Shown here: positions 26,996-41,062 of the stretch, one piece after another
How the letters are laid out: every line of letters starts with the position of its first letter
Numbering within the stretch: the stretch's first letter is position 1
The notes under the pieces: generated by a model
The model's input: the letters and a program-made list of their open reading frames with translations, nothing else
What the model was told of the DNA's origin: nothing
Database searches by the model: none
Position numbers and translations under genes: made by a program
NCBI RefSeq assembly: GCF_963921235.1
Contig: NC_086108.1
Span: 37,884,001 to 37,948,000, forward strand
DNA: 64,000 nucleotides
Reading direction: 5' to 3'
Source of the DNA: Mobula hypostoma
Lineage: Eukaryota

Positions 26996-27369
26996 CTGGG
27001 AAAAAAATAAAACAACATCAAAAGTGACTGGATGTAGTTATTATAATCAATTAGATGTCAGTTACAGCTTATTGATACATTATGAACATATATTTCACCT
27101 GTTTATGGTCTGTTTTGTTCCAGTTAGTTGTCTAAATGCCTCCCACGGTGCTGATCTGAAAATAATCAAATGAGGTCTATCAGTCTACGTCTGATATTTG
27201 TTCATCTAAACTGAATGGAACTACATAATAATTATCAAAAGAACAATTCAGATTATCAATCACACTTTAAAAGACATGTTAACACTTCTAATTATAATTC
27301 AATAAACAACATATGATTTGCACACAACTATCCACCAGAAACCACATTAGGTTGATGCAACAGATAATG

Positions 27370-27695
27370 ATGCTGCCACAGAACTCCAGAGACCTACATA
27401 CAGTCCTGACCTCCAATGCTGTGAGGTGTTTGTGGATTCTCCCTCTGAATATATGAATTTCCCAAGGCACTCCAATTTCCCCTCTACATGGCAAATATGT
27501 GTTAATTGGCAGGTTGATGAGTTACTGTAAATTGCTCCTGGTTTAAAGAGGCTGGAAGGAGAATTATAATGGAGTTTATGGAAATGCAAGAGAGAATAAA
27601 TTGCAGGGAAAATAATTGGGAAATAGGAGTGAAGGTATTGCTCTAAGAGCCAGAATAAACTTGAAGGGCCAAATAGTCTCCTGCTATGTCATAAT
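27370..27695 (+). mobile_element. Highly degenerate V-SINE
   Basis: Residual V-domain (gtgtttgtggattctccc...actccaatttccc) and CR1-like tail gggccaaatag. Confidence 0.5.
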
Positions 27696-28354
27696 AGAAG
27701 ACATTACTTATTTTCATGTGTTTTCATTATAATATTCTATTTTTCCATAATCAGCGGAAATTACTGATTTATAATTTTGTATTACCCGAACAGTAGATAT
27801 CTATTTTCAATCCAAAATAACAGCTCTGTTGCAAAGTGGTCAAGGGCAACAAGATTTTGTTTTAGCTGTGATGCTCACACCCACGGCTTTACTTTTTGCA
27901 ATAGCTTGCTAGCAATACCATGAACAAACAAACAAACTGTTGCACTACAATCCAAAATGATTTAACAGCAAAGTAATGAACACAATTATTTAGTGTTTAC
28001 AGGACAGAAGCATCCAAGCTTCTTGCCACCCTTCTTTATCATACTGTATCACAAACTGTTTCCAAAATGATTCCAAGTTCTTCAACATGACCAAGTACAC
28101 CTTCACTTCACATATATTAGCTTCAGTGAGAGAGTATCAATTTGCTGTTCCCTTCACTTAATTGCTTATATATAGTGGAATGATAGGAATTATATGTAAT
28201 GTTCTGCAGTTGGTTGTACATTGCTGAAAAGCAACAAGCTGACCAATCTCAACACTGGCCCACAAAGAAATTGTTCCCTTATTTCATGCAATTTCCTTGG
28301 GAAACTGGATGAATATTAGTGTTAAATACTAATCATTTAATATTAACAATGTTG

Positions 28355-28510
28355 CTTAAGGGGTGAATGTTGGCCAGGAAATAAGTAGAATCTAATGCTG
28401 CTCTTTGAGCAGTGGCATTTTTTATGTCCAGTTGACCAGACAAATGTGGATTAATGTTACATCCAAAGGCCTGTATTTCTGCAGCATTCCTTGGCACTAT
28501 ACTAATGGTA
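28355..28510 (-). mobile_element. Deu-domain SINE remnant (SacSINE1/AmnSINE1-like)
   Basis: aaggggtgaatgttggccagga...ctgctctttga...cagcattcct resembles the recalled Deu domain. Confidence 0.5.
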
Positions 28511-31388
28511 TTCAATGTTGATTTTTCAAATGCAGATTTTTTCAAAACATAGAAATTCAATTTTTCCTTGTTTGTTTTAATTAAATGCACATACAAAGTG
28601 GTGATTTCATATTGTATTCCACTTCAGAATATCGTTCCTACTGAAGTCTATGAGGTTCCAAGTAAAGGCACTGCTGCTGCTTCATATGCAGGTTCAGCAT
28701 TAACAATTAATGCTAAATTCAGTTCTTTATCACCACAACCATGTTGTGATCACAACTGCCCAGCATCTCATGTTATACACAGCACAATTCCACGATATCT
28801 GCTCACACAATTTCCATGTAATAAACTGGGGTAGTGGAGGTATAATTTGTCCACCTGTGCATATCACCCCATCCTTGACTAAGCTGTTCCACCATGAACA
28901 CGATCTGTTATGAGTCAACATGATGCTTTCAGATCAGGTCATGCATAGCACACACCTCCACCGCTCTGCTCAGGTGTGTTTCTGGGGTACAGGGGCTAGC
29001 GATCCTTGTGCCTGTTCTATCTACTTGCTACGAGTTATAAATCTAAGCCTCAAATGGATGGATCTAAACAGAAACGACCCACGCCTACCCATCGACTATG
29101 TGAAAAGGAACTGCTAATCAGGAGGTAAACATATGTGGACTTCGATCAAATATAGGTGAACTTGCCAACCTGTGCACTGAAGAAAAACCTCCCATCATTA
29201 TTGTTGTTGAAACATTCTTTGACCCATCAGTCCCAGCTGGAGTGGACTGCATAACCATCCCTGGTTACTCAATGTGTTGCCGCAGAGATCGGGAGGGAAC
29301 ATCAGGAGGTGGCATTGCTGTTTACTGTTTGGAGGGTATTGCGATACACCATAGCCCTAGAAGAGATCCGAAAGACCTTGAACTCATGTGGTTCACCGTG
29401 GCTCTTCAATCACAGAAACTACTAATTGTCTACCGATCTCCTAGTGCCAACAATGACGTCCTCAAATACCTGGACAGTAACACCTTCCCCAAGTTGACAG
29501 AGTTCAGTGCACAGTCTGTGATGTTTATAGGGGACTTCAACGTCCATCACCAAGACTGGCTGGGCAGCTGAACAACTGACAATGCTGGCCGGCGCACATC
29601 ACAACTAGCTGATAGTCTTGGTCTGCAGCAGATTGTGTCAGACCCAACAAGGGGGGAGTATATCCTTGATCTTGTTATGACAGACCCACCCGCTAAGGCA
29701 ACAACTATGGCTTGTGGGTTCTTCAGACCAGAACCCCGCACTAGTGAAGTTGGATGTTCCAGTTTACCGTGACCAGCCATACAAGAGGAAAGTCTGGTGT
29801 TACAACAAAGCCAACTTTTGGGATATGCGTGGTCGTCTTTCATCAACTGACTGGTCTAGAATTCTCAAAGACAAGGACCCTGAGAAGGCTTGCACCAAGC
29901 TTACAGAAGTTATCTGTGAGGCCATGGACATTCACATTCCCAGCAAAATTGTTACTAAGAAGACTGGTGATAAAGTATGGCTTGATGACAAGTGTAGACA
30001 AGCAGCAAAGAAGAAATGTCATCTCAACCACCATCTAAAGAAGTGCAACACCCCTGCTCATAAGGAGAAGTTTGCACAGGCTAGGCAGTCATACAATCCA
30101 GCAGAGAGACAGGCCAGAAGAAACCATAACATCAAATTCAAAAATGACTTAACCAGTGGTAACCTTAGCAGCAAGAAGTGGTGGAATGTTGTGAACTCCC
30201 TCTCTGGAAGAACAGGCCACTCTGACATCCCTGTCATTGAGCACAATGGGTCTGTACATACAACAGCAAAGCATAAGGCCAAGGTTTTCTGTCGGGATTT
30301 TGCAGATAAATGTCAGCTCATAAATGCTAATGTCCAGCCACTAGATGTCAAGCAGCTTACTACCACCTCGCTTAACAAAATCATCTTCAAACCTAAAGAC
30401 ATCAGGAAAATTTGGCAATAGCTTCAGCCTGATAAAGCATCTGGCCCTGACCAGATTCCAACTAGGGTCTAAAAGGAATGCAGTGCAGAACTTGCAAGTC
30501 CTCTCGGCCACCTCTTCCAGCTATGCCTCTCGAGTGGTGTATTCCCAGAACAATGGAAAATAGCATCAGTAACTTCAGTACACAAGCGGGATTCCAGAGC
30601 TGATCCTACAAATTACCGCCCCCATATCCTTACTCAGTATCATCAGCAAGTTAATGGAAGCAGCAGTCTACAAACAAATTCAGAACTACCTACTCTGTAA
30701 CAACTTAATTTCAAGTAGGCAGTATGGATTTATTCCAGATCACAGTACAGCCGATCTCCTCACCACCTTATCTCAAACTTGGAAAACCTTCTTGGACAAA
30801 GGTGGAGAAGTGTTTGTCATAGCCCTGGATATCAAAGGAGTATCTGACAAGGTCTGGCATAATGGACTCTGTGTTAAGCTGAGATCCAAAGGAATATCTG
30901 GAATGCTGCTTAGATGGCTGCAGAGCTACCTTCATGGACGGACCATCAACGTTGTTATCTCTGGTCAGGCCTCTGATCCTTCAACCATCAATGTATCTGT
31001 ACCACAGGGATCAATACATGGGCCACTTCTGTTTTCCACCTTCATTGATGACTTGGTTGATGCATGCAGTAACGAGCTATACCTGTATGCTGATGTCTCC
31101 ACACTATTTGCACCAATTAGAGCAGGAGAGAGTAATACAGTGGCAGCAGGCCTGAATAGGGATCTTGACAGGATGAAAGCCTGGGCAGACGACTGGGCAG
31201 ACCTGGATCTGGGCCGTACCCTCCAAATATCCTGACCTGACTCTCATTTTCTCGCATTACCTTACTTTCCCTTTTCTATTTTCTATTTATGATTTATAAT
31301 TTAAATTTCTACTATTTACTATCCATTTGTACTCCGGGAACGCGAAGCACAGAATCAAATATTGCTGTGATGATTGTACGCTCGAGTA

Positions 31389-33323
31389 CAGGGGTCCCCA
31401 ACCCTTTTTGCACTGCGGACCAGTTTAATATTGACAATATTCTTGCAGACCGGCCAACCCGGGGTGTGTGGGGGGGGGGGTTAGGATTACCAATGGACAA
31501 GAGTAACAGTCAAATACGTTGTATTTACCCCCAGAAGACTACAATGACCATGAAGCCTTGCGTGGGCACCAGTGCGCATGTGTGTACATGCCGATTTCTT
31601 TTGGATTCTGTTCGGGGGGGGGGTGTTAATCACAACCGGAATAAGGGTGATGTGGCTAATACACTCAATTTCGTTTCTAAAAGGGTTTATCTACTGAATT
31701 TAATATTAAACACACAGCGCATATTTTCCTCGCGTGAATATAGTGATAAGTCAAACTATTATTTAGATGGGGAGAGAATTCAAAATGCAGAGATGCAAAG
31801 GGACTTGGGAGTCCTTGTGCAGGATACCCTCAATGTTAACCTGCAGGTTGAGTCGATAGTGAAGGCGGCGAATGCAATATTGGCATAGAGGTATAGAATA
31901 TAAGAGCAGGGATGTGATGTTGAGACTCTATAAGGCACTCATGAGACCACACTTTTGGAGTGTTGTGTGCAGTTTTGTGCTCCTTATTTTGGAAAGGATA
32001 TTCTGACATTGGAGAGGGTTCAGAGAAGATTCACGAGAATGATTCCAGGAGTGAAAGGGTTACCGTATGAGGAATGTCTGGTAGCTCTTGGGCTGTATTC
32101 CCTGGAGTTCAGGAGAATGAGGGGAGATCTCAGAAACATTTCATTTGTTAAAAGGCTTGAACAGATTAGATATAGCAAAGTTATTTCCCATGGTAGGGGA
32201 GTCCAGGACAAGAGGGCACAACTTCAGGATTGAAGGACGTCCACTTGGAACAGAGATGCAGAGAAATTACTTTAGTCGGAGGGTGGTAAATCTGTGGAAT
32301 TTGTTGCCACGAGCAGCTGTGGAGGCCAAGTCACTGGGTGCATTTAAGGCAGAGAAAGATAGGTCCTTGATTAGCCAGGGCATCAAAGGGAATGGGGAGA
32401 ATGCAGGGGAATGAGGATGACTGGAAGTATTGGATCAGCCTATAATTGAATGGCGAAGCAGACACGATGGGCCGAATGGACCGCTTCTGCTCCTGTATCT
32501 TATAAGTCAATTATCAGGGGAGGACAGGGGAGCTTGAAGTAAGTGTTGAACGAACTTCCAGTAGAAGTGGTTCAATATTATCATATAAAGAAAAATTGGA
32601 TAGGTATATGGACAGGAAAGGAATGGAGGGTTGTGGGCTGAGTGCAGGTTGGTGGGACTGGGTGAGAGTTGCATTCGGCACAGACTAGAAGGGGAGAGAT
32701 GGCCTGTTTCCGTGCTGTAATTGTTATATGGTTATATGGTTATGTAAGTCAATAGCATCATAACATTTTAAGTAACAATTGGATATTAAACGCACAGCAC
32801 ATATTTTCCCTATATGAACAAATCATTGCAACACACCAATATCGCAAAATCAGTGGGAGCCCTGGGCTTGTTTCCTTGCAACAAGATGGTCCTATCGAGG
32901 GGTGCCGGGAGACAGCGATACTCAAACAGGGTTTCTTATGTACAGTCTATTCTGCAATTTAGTTTTCGTTGCATTCATTGCAGAAAACTCCGCTTCGCAG
33001 AAAAATTTTGGAAATGGAAGCAACATTTTCAGTGCTTTCGTGGCTATCTCAGGATATTTAGCCTTGACTTAGATCCAGAATGCCGGCAGAGATGTTATGT
33101 CAAACATACTTTTCATCCCGTCGTTATTTGCAAGCTCAAGGAGTTGATCTCCTTCCCGCGCTGAGACGGATGACGCGCGGGTAATGACCTCGCATGCGTT
33201 CAAGCTCAACGGTGGGCGTGACAGGGAATGAGGAAAGGTGCAGCTGACTCGTATCGCCAAATCATATCATTTCCTCGCGGCCCAGTAGCGCACGCTTTGC
33301 AGCCCGGTGGTTGGGGACCGCTG
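31389..33323 (-). mobile_element. Non-autonomous hAT (Charlie/Buster-like) element, copy 1, containing a later CR1 insertion
   Basis: TIRs caggggtccccaacc / ggttggggaccgctg, 8-bp TSD ctcgagta/ctctagta, minus-strand remnant DQLLELANNDGMKSMFDITSLPAFWI. Confidence 0.92.
31755..32501 (+). mobile_element. CR1 3' fragment inserted into hAT copy 1
   Basis: 9-bp TSD ataagtcaa (31746-31754 and 32502-32510). LERVQRRFTRMIPG. Absent from copy 2. Confidence 0.9.
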
Positions 33324-35131
33324 CTCTAGTATAAATTGTTTGGCGACAATAAAGTCAAGTAAATGAATGTCACCTTTGAGCCTACTAAGTGCAAGGCGAT
33401 GGTGATGTCTAGGAAGAGGAATCCATCTAACCCCAATCTGTATTTTGGGAACTGCAAGCTGGATTTAAAGAAGGAGCTAGTAATCCTTGATGTTAATATT
33501 GACAGCAAGTTGGTGGGGGACAAACACCTTTCCATTATTTCAGACAAGGTTGGACAAAGGCTTGGAGCTCTGCGGAAAGTAGCATCTAAACTAGATAAAG
33601 AGGGCAGAGCCACGGTTTACAAAGCCCAGGTACGAAGTATCATGGAGTATGCCTGCTTATCATGGATGAATGCCTCACAGAGTGTCCTCAGCCAGCTTGA
33701 TTACATTCAAAGAAAGGCTCTCAGGATTATAGGTGTAGATGAAGCCACAGCTCGTGAGAAGCTAGCCATCAGTAGTTTACACCTCAGACGACAGGTTGCT
33801 GCAGCTACTGTGCTATACAAAATACAGACCAGTCACAGTCCTGCAGACCTTCGCGCCATGCTGCCTTCATCTTATGAGAGACGGCGCACCACACGATCAA
33901 GTTTATCTATGCCGCTCATTCTGTTTCTGTGCCTGATGCGAGAACCTACACACTGGATAGAAGCTTCCTTCACTGTGCTTTCAGAATTTGGAACAGCATT
34001 CCAGATGCTGTGGTTGGAAACATCTGGAATGATGGGGTCCAAGCCTTCAAGAGTTGAGTGCACAAACACCTATCATCTCTGGGAGAGAAGTCACATGCTT
34101 CTTCATAAGCTATCATGAAGCGGACCAGGCTGGCAATGCTCGGTTGTTGGTAGGTAGGGTTAATACCTGACTTTCAAGAGCACTTGTGAGTTATGTTCCA
34201 GCTGGACTTAGTGCTTAAACTGCTGGAGAACGGTGCGGAAAGAACAGGTGCTGTTTTCTCCTGGTAGGGATTAGTTTTTAGTTCCAAGTGCTCCTGCCGC
34301 ATTTTGTCACCCTGCAACATTGTCCTTCAATCTCTTTGAATTATGGAGGACAGCATTTGTATAAATGTCTCTCTCCAGCAGACTTCATCATGATCATCAC
34401 GACTCCAGTATTTCTATTATTTTTTAATGTTTCTTAATTGTACATATGATTTTTTTTGTGTTCTATCGCTGAGCAGCAGTGAACCATCTGATTGGCCTAT
34501 CAGAGTTCTCTTTGGGAACTAGTTGACTTGATCAGCATTTCTGATCTGGCTATTGTTCACCATTGCACTTAATAAAAGAAAATTAGGACAGGCTTGCCCT
34601 GTTACCTTATCCTTTATGTCACTGACCATTTTCCTTCCCGCTGCCTCAGCATTTGTAAGCACAGGCTGGCATGTCTATGACATTGGCAGTGACTGCAACC
34701 TTTTGTTCCTCAGCCTTGGTATACCAAAGCTTGAACAAAACAAGTGTCCAAAACTTGAAATATACGAACTACGTTGGAAAAATTTACAATGGCAGAATAT
34801 CTGATATATTATCCATACAGCAAATGCTTAGATTTTGATTTTATCATGAACACACATTCAATAGCTTTGTCACACTTGATTAAATATAACAAATTTTTGT
34901 TGTCTGATGTGTCTTAGTTTGAAACTTCCACTTAGTCCATTTTCAATTTTCAATCACACAAAAACAATCTTTTAGTTTAGGAGATATTGCTGCTACAACC
35001 TTGCCCAACAAAGATATCTCCAGCTCCAGATTCAAATTTATAATCCACATTGTTAACTTATTTTTCACTTAATTCATTTTGCCATTCATAAGTGCAGATA
35101 TAAGTTTAATGTCATCAGGAATTATCTACGG

Positions 35132-35472
35132 CAGGTCTTCCTAATCTGGGGTTCACGGACCACTTGCTTAATGGTATTGGTCTATGGTATTAAAAAAAAG
35201 GCTGGGAATCTATGATCTAATGGTTTATGTGGATTTTTTTATAATTACTTTAAAATTTGACTATTACCTGGAAGAAATTAGGAAGGGAAAAAGGGGTCAT
35301 GAAATTTCCTTGGCAAGTAAAAGTACGAAAAATTACAGGACATTAAATATCAGTTACAAGAGCATAGGCAAGGAAAGAGATTGTTCCCTTAGGGCAGGGG
35401 TTCCCAACCTTATTATGCTATGGACCAATACCATTAAACAAAGGGTTTACGGATCCCAAGTTGGAAGCCTTG
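35132..35472. mobile_element. Two ~80-bp hAT MITEs of one family in opposite orientation (35132-35214 and 35395-35472)
   Basis: caggggttcccaacc-type TIRs. The second copy has a perfect 8-bp TSD ccttaggg. Shared core tggaccaataccattaa. Confidence 0.8.
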
Positions 35473-35711
35473 CCTTAGGGAAACAAGAGGTGGTTTCCTG
35501 TGGAGACAGGTGAAGTAGACAAGCTTCTAAATGATTATCTATCCATATTCATCAAGAAGAAATCATGGGGGGGCTTCACGTGATGACGTGGGATTGAGAC
35601 ATGTAAATCCAGCTCTCCCGCAACAAATCAGTAAAGTACCGTTTAAACAAAACAAAGTTAATCAATATTTTCTGAAAACTATTTATAAACTTTGTAAGAG
35701 TACTTTACGAT

Positions 35712-36815
35712 ATGCCTCCTAAACCGCAATAAAAGAAGTCTGCTGTTGCGAAGCAGCCGCAAGAGGGGAAGAAAAAAGGGCCTACTGCAACGATGGAGCC
35801 TCGGACTCAGGTTGGATCTCCTTCGGTAGAACAGGGAGCAATGGCGGTGGTAACGGGTTCTTCGAAGAAGACACCGGAAATGCGCATGCGCAAATCGACA
35901 CAACGCAAACTACAAGAACCGACAGCCACTGCAATTGAAAATGACTCAGAGTCAGAATTGGATTCTGCAGAGAACACAGATGAAGAAGAGGAGGAAGAAT
36001 TGGAAGCGATTGGAAGTAAAGGAGCTGATAGAGACATAAGAGAGGCTATATTGCAGTTAACGGCTGAACTAAGAAAAGTAAGAGAAGAGCTTAGAGATAC
36101 GAAGATGTGCTATAATAAAGTTATGGAAAGACAGGACAAAATGGATAAGAAGCTTCAAAAGATGGATAGAGCAATGGGGCATATGAATGATAGAGTGGAA
36201 AAAACAGAAAATGATCTGCTTGTCTGGAACTCAGAAAGAAATCGACTCTTGGAGAAAGTGGACATGTTGGAAAATTTCAGTAGACGTAATAATATTAAAA
36301 TTGTTGGTCTTAAAGAAGGTACGGAGGGAGAAAACCCAATAGAATTTTTTCAAAAATGGATCCCGGATGTTTTGCAAATGGAAGAGGAGGTTTGACCAAT
36401 TGAAATTGAGTGGGCACATAGAGCTCTAAGACCAAAACCAAAAGATGACCAATATCCACGATCGATTTTGATAAAATTCTTAAGATTTCAAGACAAGGAA
36501 AGGATTCTACAGGCAGCTGCTCGAGCTGCCAAGGATAGAAAAGGGCCATTGATAATTAAAGGGAACAAAGTTTTTTTCTACCCTGATATAAGTTAAGAAC
36601 TTTTGAAGAGAAGGAAGAAATTTAATCCAGTGAAAAAAACCCTTTGGGATCATGGTTATCAATTTATACTGCGTTATCCTGCAACCTTGAAGATTTTTTT
36701 GCCTGATGGAGAAAAAAGATTTTTTGATGACTACCAGAAAGCAGAGCAGTTTGTGCGAGAGTCTCTGAATATTCACCAGATACAAGAACAAATCCAGGGG
36801 AGCGAGATAGATTGA
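35712..36815 (+). pseudogene. L1 ORF1 (coiled coil + RRM/CTD) with in-frame stops
   Basis: MPPKPQ*KK..., LENFSRRNNIKIVGLKEG, AHRAL, FYPDIS, LRYPATLKI. Stops near 35730, 36393 and 36595. Confidence 0.9.
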
Positions 36816-37289
36816 AGATGAAGATTGGGTTAAAGAATGGACTTGTTGGATTTTTGAAGCTGGATGAATGTATAAATATATCATTAATTATACGAGGGGG
36901 GTAAGAAAGGTTAAAACTGGAGGAATATTAGTTGGGAATAGTAACATTAATTTTGCCTATATATATATATAATTTTTTTTGTTGCGGGCGAGCTGGAAGA
37001 AGCACTGATCGATTGCTACGCTAATCATGTGTGCAAGCGTGGCTTTTGCCACGACCCGTAAAATGGAGGGGGGTAGTGTTGTGTATTTTTTAATTCACAA
37101 CATTAGTGGGGGGGGGGGTATTTTGTTTTTTCTTTTTTTGTATTCTTTCTATCTTTTCTTTTCTTTTTGCCTGGAAGGTTGGGAGGGAAACACATAGCAA
37201 CATGGTGAAGTTTAAAGAGATTCCCCAAGGAACTATGAGAGTTGAGAAGATAAGTAAAGTTTTAGATTGGAGTAACTTTGTTAAGAATA

Positions 37290-40200
37290 ATGACTAATTT
37301 ATTGAATTTTTTGAGTTTTAATGTTAATGGGCTTAATGGACCAGTGAAAAGAAAAAGAATCTTAACACATATTAAAAAAATGAAGATAGATTTAGCTTTT
37401 TTACAGGAAACGCACCTAACAGAAACAGAACATCAGAAACTAAAGAGAGATTGGGTGGGTAGTGTTGTTGCGGCTTCATTTAATTCAAAAGCGAGGGGAG
37501 TAGCAATTTTGATCAATAAAACGTTACCAATTAGAATACAAAATGTAATAACTGATTCTGCGGGGAGATATGTGATTATACATTGTCAACTTTTTTCTGA
37601 ATTATAGACTTTTATGAATATTTATGCACCAAATGAAAATGATGCAAAATTCATACAAGAAGCTTTTCTGAATTTGGTGGTTGCACATGAAAAAATATTA
37701 ATTGGAGGAGACTTTAATTTTTGCTTAGACCCAGTCTTAGATAGATCAACCAAGGCTGTTATAAAGTCGAAAGTAGTAAATTTAACTTTATCATTGATGA
37801 AGGATTTAAATTTGATTGATATATGGAGAAGAATCAATCCTAAAGAAAGAGACTATTCGTTCTATTCCCATAGACATAAAACTTACTCAAGGATAGATTT
37901 GTTTCTATTATCAATGCATATTCAATACAGAGTGAAAAATATGGAATATAAAGCAAGAATATTATCAGATCATTCCCCTTTATTAATGACAATAATAATG
38001 GCTGATAAGGAAGAAGTGGCTTATAGATGGAGATTTAATTCAACATTATTAAAACGTCAAGATTTCTGTGATTTTATGAAAAAGCAGATTCAATTTTTTT
38101 TGGATACAAATTTTCATTCAGTGGATGATAAATTTATATTATGGGATGCCATGAAAGCATATCTTAGGGGCCAGATAATGTTATACGTCTAAAATTAAGA
38201 AAGAATATATGGCAGAACTAGATCAATTGGAAAAAGAGATTACAAAAATAGAAAAAGAATCTCAAAGATATATGTCAGAAGAAAAACGAAGACAACTTGT
38301 TAATAAGAAGTTACAATATAATACGCTTCAGACATATAGAACGGAAAAAGCAATTATAAGAACTAAACAAAGGTATTATGAGTTAGGTGAGAGAGCACAT
38401 AAAATTCTTGCCTGGCAGTTGAAAACAGAACAAGCTTCCAAAACAATAAATGCAATTAGAACAAGGGCAAATAAAATATCTTATAAATCTCTTGAAATAA
38501 ATGAAACTTTTAAAAATTTCTATTCTGAATTATATCAATCAGAATCCCAAAATGATGTTAATGAGATAGAAAGGTTTTTATCACAAATTTCTCTTCCCAA
38601 ATTGAATTTGGAAGAACAGAAGGGATTAGATATGCCTTTTACATTAAAAGAAGTTGAAGAAGCTTTAGGATCACTCCAAAGTAATAAATCTCCAGGAGAA
38701 GATGGTTTTCCACCTGAATTTTATAAAAAATTTAAAGATTTATTATTTCCTCTTTTTATGGAACTAATACGTCAAGCAGAAAAAATACATAAACTTCCAG
38801 AATCTTTTTCAACAGCGATTGTAATGGTATTGCCAAAAAAAGACAGAGACCCTATGAAACCAACATCATACAGGCCTATTTCTTTATTGAATACGGATTA
38901 TAAAATAATAGCAAAAATTTTATCGAATAGATTATCTAAATATTTACCAAAATTAATACATATGGATCAAACAGGATTTATTAAAAATAGACAATTGGCA
39001 GATAATGTAACCCGGCTACTTAGTATAATTCATTTGGCACAAAAAAGGGATGAGAAGAGTATAGTAGTAGCTTTGGATGCAGAAAAAGCATTTGATAGAT
39101 TAGAATGGGATTTTTTATTTAAAGTATTAGAAAAATATGGGTTAGGAACATCTTTTATAAATTGGATTGAAACTTTATATTCTAACTCTAAAGCTAAAGT
39201 AGTGACAAATTCTCAAATTTCAATACCATTCCAGTTAAAAAGGTCAACTAGACAAGGTTGTCCATTATCACCTGCTTTATTTGTACTGGCGATACAGCCA
39301 TTAGCAGAACTAATCAGAATTGATCCAGATATTATGGGTTTTAGAGTTAATCAGGAGGAATATAAAATTAATCTTTTTGCCGATGATGTTTTGATCTATT
39401 TAACAAACCCACAACATTCATTACATAAATTATCTTCTAGATTGGATGAATATGGGAAGGTATCAGGTTACAAAATAAATTGGGATAAAAGTGAAATTTT
39501 ACCTCTTACTAAAGGAGACTATAGTCAATGTCGATTAGTAACCCAATTTAGATGGCCGGTAAATGGTATAAAGTATTTAGGTATAAGACTTGATAATGAT
39601 GTAAAGAATTTATATAAATTTAATTATTTACCACTGTTGAAAAAAATTCAAGAAGATTTTGACAAATGGATGATACTACCAATAACATTAGTAGGTAGAG
39701 TCAATGTTGTAAAAATGAATGTATTTCCTAGATTACAGTATTTGTTTCAAACATTATCAATACAATTGCCACAGAAATTTTTTCAAGAGTTAAATAAGTG
39801 TGTGAGAAAATTTCTTTGGAAAGGTAAAATGTCAAGAATATCATTGGGAAAATTGACATGTAAATTTGGGTTAGGAGGGTTATAACTTCCAAACTTTAAA
39901 AACTATTATAAAGCAAATCAACTTAGATTTATTGCATCTTTCTTCGATGATCAAAAACCAGCATGGATTAAAATAGAACTAGACAAGATAGGAGAAAATA
40001 GACCTGAAGATTTTATATATAAATGGGAATCTAAATGGATACGGGAAAAGAAAGAATCTCCTATATTAACACATTTGATTGATTTATGGAATAAGATAAA
40101 TGTTGATAATGAAACACAGAAATCTCTATTAGCAAGGAGACCTTTGTTTCAAAACAGACTTATTCCTTTTACAATGGACAATCAACCTTTATATAATTGG

Positions 40201-41062
40201 TACCAAAAAGGGATTAAATTTATAGGAGATTGTTTTGAACGAGGTATATTGATGTCATTTGAACAATTAAAGGATAAATATAAAATATCTAATAATACTT
40301 TCTTTTGTTACTTTCAATTAAGGTCCTACTTAAAAGGTAAGCTGGGTCAAACAATGTTTTTGCCAAAACCTAATGAAATTGAAATTTTAATTCAAAAAGG
40401 GAAAATTAAAAAATTTATTTCTTGTATGTATAATTTGATTCAAGAACAGACAATTAAACAAGGAACCCATAAGTCAAAGCAAAAATGGGAAACAGATTTG
40501 AATATTAATATTGATGAAACAAATTGGTCAAGATTCTGTCTTGACAGTATGACAAATACAATAAATGTTTGACTTAGATTAGTACAATATAATTTTTTAC
40601 ACCAATTATATATTACACCACAAAAAATAAATAGATTAAATTCAAATCTATCTGATAAATGCTTTCGGTGTAATCAAGAAATTGGTACTTTTACATTCTA
40701 CTTGGTCTTGTTTTAAAATTCAACCCTTTTGGATAAATTTAAGTGTCTTATTGGAACAAGTTACTGGAACTCAACTTCCACATAACCCTGTATTATTTCT
40801 ATTAGGTGATATTGAAGGGATAAAACCGAAACTTAAATTGAATAAATTTCAGAAAGAATTTATAAAAATTGCATTGGCAGTAGCTAAGAAGACTATAGCA
40901 GTTACTTGGAAATCTGATTCGTATTTAAGTATGGATCGTTGGAATAATGCAATGGCTAGTTCTATTCCACTCGAAAAAATTACTTATAATTTAAGAGATA
41001 AATATGTAACATTTTTGAATATTTGGCACCCTTATTTACAAAAGATAGGATGGCATATTTAA
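37290..41062 (+). pseudogene. L1 ORF2 (APE, RT, CCHC knuckle), disabled by stops and frameshifts
   Basis: SFNVNGL, LQETH, GGDFN, SRID, SDHSP, SPGEDG, LDAEKAFD, RQGCPLSP, FADD, CFRC..HSTWSC. Stops at 37605, 39883 and 40570, frameshifts near 38185 and 40690. Confidence 0.93.

Larger units (their letters stand above)
31199..33363 (+). mobile_element. Short non-LTR 3' tail (31199-31388 plus 33324-33363, Babar-like aataaagt end) hosting the hAT MITE
   Basis: Host LINE reading AWADDW|NVTFEPTK is split here. The tail sequence is continuous across the MITE TSD. Confidence 0.6.
28829..34215 (+). mobile_element. Divergent CR1-group LINE, apparently single ORF (APE + RT), near full length, disabled, interrupted at about 31199-33363
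   Basis: VNICGLRSN, VVETF, GGGIAVY, GDFNVHH, LDLV, ALDIKGVSDKVWH, VPQGS, YADVS, YKAQVRSIMEY. Possible TSD taaactg (28822-28828 and 34216-34222). Confidence 0.85.

Noticed and set aside
31289..31888. 199-aa ORF, and likewise the 200-aa ORF at 56496-57098
   Set aside because: Chance read-through across junctions of nested transposons, with no coherent domain.
38209..39885. 558-aa RT ORF as a domesticated gene or retron-like system
   Set aside because: It is the longest unbroken piece of a disabled L1 ORF2 within a TSD-flanked element.
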